NCBI GenBank assembly: GCA_000004985.1
Contig: GG739586.1
DNA from: Naegleria gruberi
Lineage: Eukaryota
Direction: 5' to 3' (one strand)
Length of the DNA stretch: 1,061 nucleotides
This document shows positions 1 through 1,061 of this stretch, piece by piece. Positions within the stretch are counted from its first letter, which is position 1, and each line of letters opens with the position of its first letter. The translations under genes were made by a program, and so were the position numbers. A model generated the notes under the pieces. That model was not told the origin of the DNA and did not search any database. It saw nothing but the letters and a program-made list of their open reading frames with translations.

Positions 1-269
1 GAAAAACTTCCCAACCCATCTAACAATAAATCTTCACAAGCTCCAAATTCAGTTTTTTTCTTTTGAATTTTAGCTATTGGAATTATAGGATTGAGAGGTT
101 TTCCAATCTTCATTGTTTGATAGGAAGGGTTTGTGGATTGAACATCATCTAACATGTCAGTTCTAAATAGGATTGTTGATTCTCCTGGAGAAATATCGTA
201 AGCATCTCCAAATTCAATAACAAATTCTCCACAACGGTTGTTCTTTCCACTGATGGAGTTGTCAAAATT
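1..269 (-). CDS. Putative downstream exon or C-terminal region of the same gene, in a different frame (frame B, codons 3..269, continuing past position 1). Non-EGF domain of unknown function. Sequence: NFDNSISGKNNRCGEFVIEFGDAYDISPGESTILFRTDMLDDVQSTNPSYQTMKIGKPLNPIIPIAKIQKKKTEFGACEDLLLDGLGSF.
   Basis: I translated the frame by hand from the plus-strand triplets. 89 consecutive sense codons precede the window edge, with no TAA, TAG or TGA. In sequence this AT-rich, such a stretch is unlikely by chance. The frame is bounded upstream by TAG TAG (plus strand cta cta at 270..275). Composition is balanced and protein-like. It is absent from the ORF track only because no stop or start falls inside the window. 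It is on the same strand as the EGF CDS and immediately downstream of it. Confidence 0.5.
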
Positions 270-343
270 CTACTACATGGAATATTTTGTTTGCTGTAGA
301 CTCCAGTTATTGTGAGGGTCATGCTATTGCCAAGATTTGATAC
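270..343 (-). other. Candidate spliceosomal intron, 74 nt, minus strand: donor GTATCA at 343..338, acceptor ...TTCCATGTAGTAG at 282..270. It joins frame A (...KKCSTQILGPPI) to frame B (NFDNSISGK...) in phase 0.
   Basis: A GT immediately follows a frame-A codon boundary (ATA|GTATCA). A pyrimidine-containing tract with tandem TAG precedes the first frame-B sense codon, so the splice is phase-compatible. Alternative: a 32-nt intron from GTCTAC (donor after ...ACT GGA, about 301..270), which is ciliate-sized. There is no direct evidence such as cDNA. The intron's base composition does not differ from the exons. Confidence 0.3.
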
Positions 344-1061
344 TATAGGAGGTCCCAATATTTGAGTTGAACATTTCTTTCCATAGTAACCAGATTGACA
401 CTTGTTACAATTAGTTCCAGTGAAATAACCATTTGATAGGTTATTGTTACATGTACAAACACCTCCTAATATACTGTCACAATATCCATTTCCAGAACAT
501 GTGATTTTTGGATCGCAATAAACATTACAATCATAACCATAGTATCCAGTTTTACAACCATTACAGTTGGTTCCATAAAAGTTTCCAGTACAAACGCAGC
601 TTCCTTTTGAGTTACATTTACCATGCCCAAAGCAAGTAACATCGTCTTGACATTTGTCAGTTTGGGGAATGGTATTACATTTAACTCCTGTATAAGGTAG
701 TTTACAAGAATCACACTGTTGTCCGTTCCAAAATCCTTTTTCCAGAGTCAAAGCACATTGACATTTATCTGGAGAAAGACAAACACCATGTGAAGAACAA
801 ACTGTTGTTGAATTGGATCGCACTCCAAAACATGAATAATCAGAGCATTTAGTTCCACTATATCCTGCATTACACTGGCATCTATCAATATCAATACAAG
901 ATCCCTTTCCACCACAAACTGAAGCATCATTAGCAGCAACATTGAAACAGATAGCAAATTCACAACTATCTCCAGTCCAACCATAAGGGCAATCACATAC
1001 TCCTGTAGAAAGACACGGACCTCTTTTAGAACAAACATTGGATCCAAGAAGGATCTCCACC
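344..1061 (-). CDS. Partial CDS (5' end beyond the window): secreted or extracellular cysteine-rich protein with tandem EGF-like and laminin-type EGF (LE, 8-Cys) domains. This is frame A of the 149..1060 ORF on the track. The frame-A tail at 149..343, which ends at TAG 149..151, may or may not be coding; see the intron and frameshift finding.
   Basis: The minus-strand frame is uninterrupted from the window edge (1061) for 303 codons. The first codon is GTG (V), written as M by the ORF caller, so the ORF is open and truncated at its 5' end. About 40 Cys fall in regular spacing. Five repeats match the EGF signature C-x-C-x2-G-[YWF]-x-G-x2-C (CDCPYGWTGDSC, CQCNAGYSGTKC, CVCTGNFYGTNC and others). 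Three of these are followed by the LE-type tail C-x2-G-Y-Y-G-x2-C (CKLPYTGVKC, CKTGYYGYDC, CQSGYYGKKC), which gives 8-Cys units. There are N-x-[ST] sequons (NST, NLS). Cys codons are strongly biased to TGT and there are no in-frame stops. Identifying these as EGF/LE folds rests on established motif knowledge. Confidence 0.85.
371..1033 (-). repeat. Tandem array of protein-domain repeats. Approximate minus-strand coordinates: EGF-like about 962..1033 (C10-C33, possibly extending upstream) and EGF-like 845..949 (C38-C72). Then three LE-type 8-Cys units: 677..832 (C77-C128), 527..652 (C137-C178) and 371..517 (C182-C230).
   Basis: The Cys spacing recurs: C-x5-C-x5-C-x(5-7)-C-x-C-x(8-13)-C-x2-C-x8-C. 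At the DNA level the GYYG-encoding segments are only loosely similar (ggatactatggttatgattgt at 527..556 on the minus strand versus ggttactatggaaagaaatgt at 371..400). These are diverged domain repeats, not recent duplications. Confidence 0.75.

Noticed and set aside
149-269. Programmed ribosomal frameshift linking frame A and frame B
   Set aside because: No slippery heptamer plus downstream structure is apparent in the overlap. An intron or a simple indel explains the two open frames more economically.
466-714. 82-aa minus-strand ORF from the track
   Set aside because: It lies entirely inside the EGF-repeat CDS in another frame on the same strand. The peptide is hydrophobic and low-complexity (MILVNYLIQELNV…) with no motif. 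It is an expected by-product of AT-rich sequence whose main frame is rich in TGT, GGA and AAT codons.
371-1033. Possibility that the CxC/CxxC-rich protein is a Giardia-type VSP or a bacterial Cys-rich surface protein
   Set aside because: The G-[YW]-x-G-x2-C and GYYG motifs and the 6- and 8-Cys spacing are EGF- and LE-type. They are not CXXC-tetrad VSP repeats. The sequence is AT-rich whereas Giardia is GC-rich. No bacterial sorting or anchor signals are visible in the window.
748-1047. 99-aa minus-strand ORF from the track
   Set aside because: Same reasoning. It is embedded out of frame in the EGF-repeat CDS, it is I/L/V/M-rich, and it has no supporting signal. It is spurious.
1058-1060. GTG 'start codon' of the 303-aa ORF
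   Set aside because: The frame is simply open to the window edge, and the preceding bases at 1061 continue it. There is no Shine-Dalgarno-like context. The gene looks eukaryotic, so this is a truncation artefact and not a real initiation site.
1-1061. CRISPR arrays, tRNA/rRNA, transposon ends, promoters or terminators
   Set aside because: There are no direct repeats with regular spacers and no cloverleaf-like or conserved rRNA segments. There are no inverted terminal repeats or GC-rich hairpin followed by a T-tract. The window is coding on the minus strand essentially from end to end.

Overview
The whole 1061-bp window is coding on the minus strand, and the plus strand has no substantial ORF. 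The sequence is AT-rich (roughly two-thirds A+T by eye, not computed). Cys codons are mostly TGT and Gly codons mostly GGA. The dominant feature is a 5'-truncated gene. The GTG 'start' at 1060 is an artefact of the ORF caller, and the frame is open to the window edge at 1061. It encodes a cysteine-rich extracellular-type protein built from tandem EGF-like and 8-cysteine laminin-type EGF (LE) domains. The C-x-C-x2-G-[YWF]-x-G-x2-C and C-x2-G-Y-Y-G-x2-C motifs recur five times. After the last LE domain (around 371) the protein character changes. Not on the supplied ORF track, a second minus-strand frame (codons at 3..269) is free of stops for 89 codons and runs off the window at position 1. It is bounded upstream by tandem TAG TAG (270..275). 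It overlaps the stop-terminated tail of the main frame (149..343). The simplest reading is a eukaryotic two-exon structure with a 74-nt intron at 343..270 (GTATCA...TTCCATGTAGTAG). The EGF exon (frame A) would join to a downstream exon (frame B) that continues beyond position 1. A genuine frameshift or pseudogene lesion between 149 and 269 is the alternative. No rRNA, tRNA, CRISPR, mobile-element, promoter or terminator signals are visible. The window looks entirely intragenic. The protist- or lower-eukaryote-like gene content is the main point of interest, alongside the unresolved frame switch.
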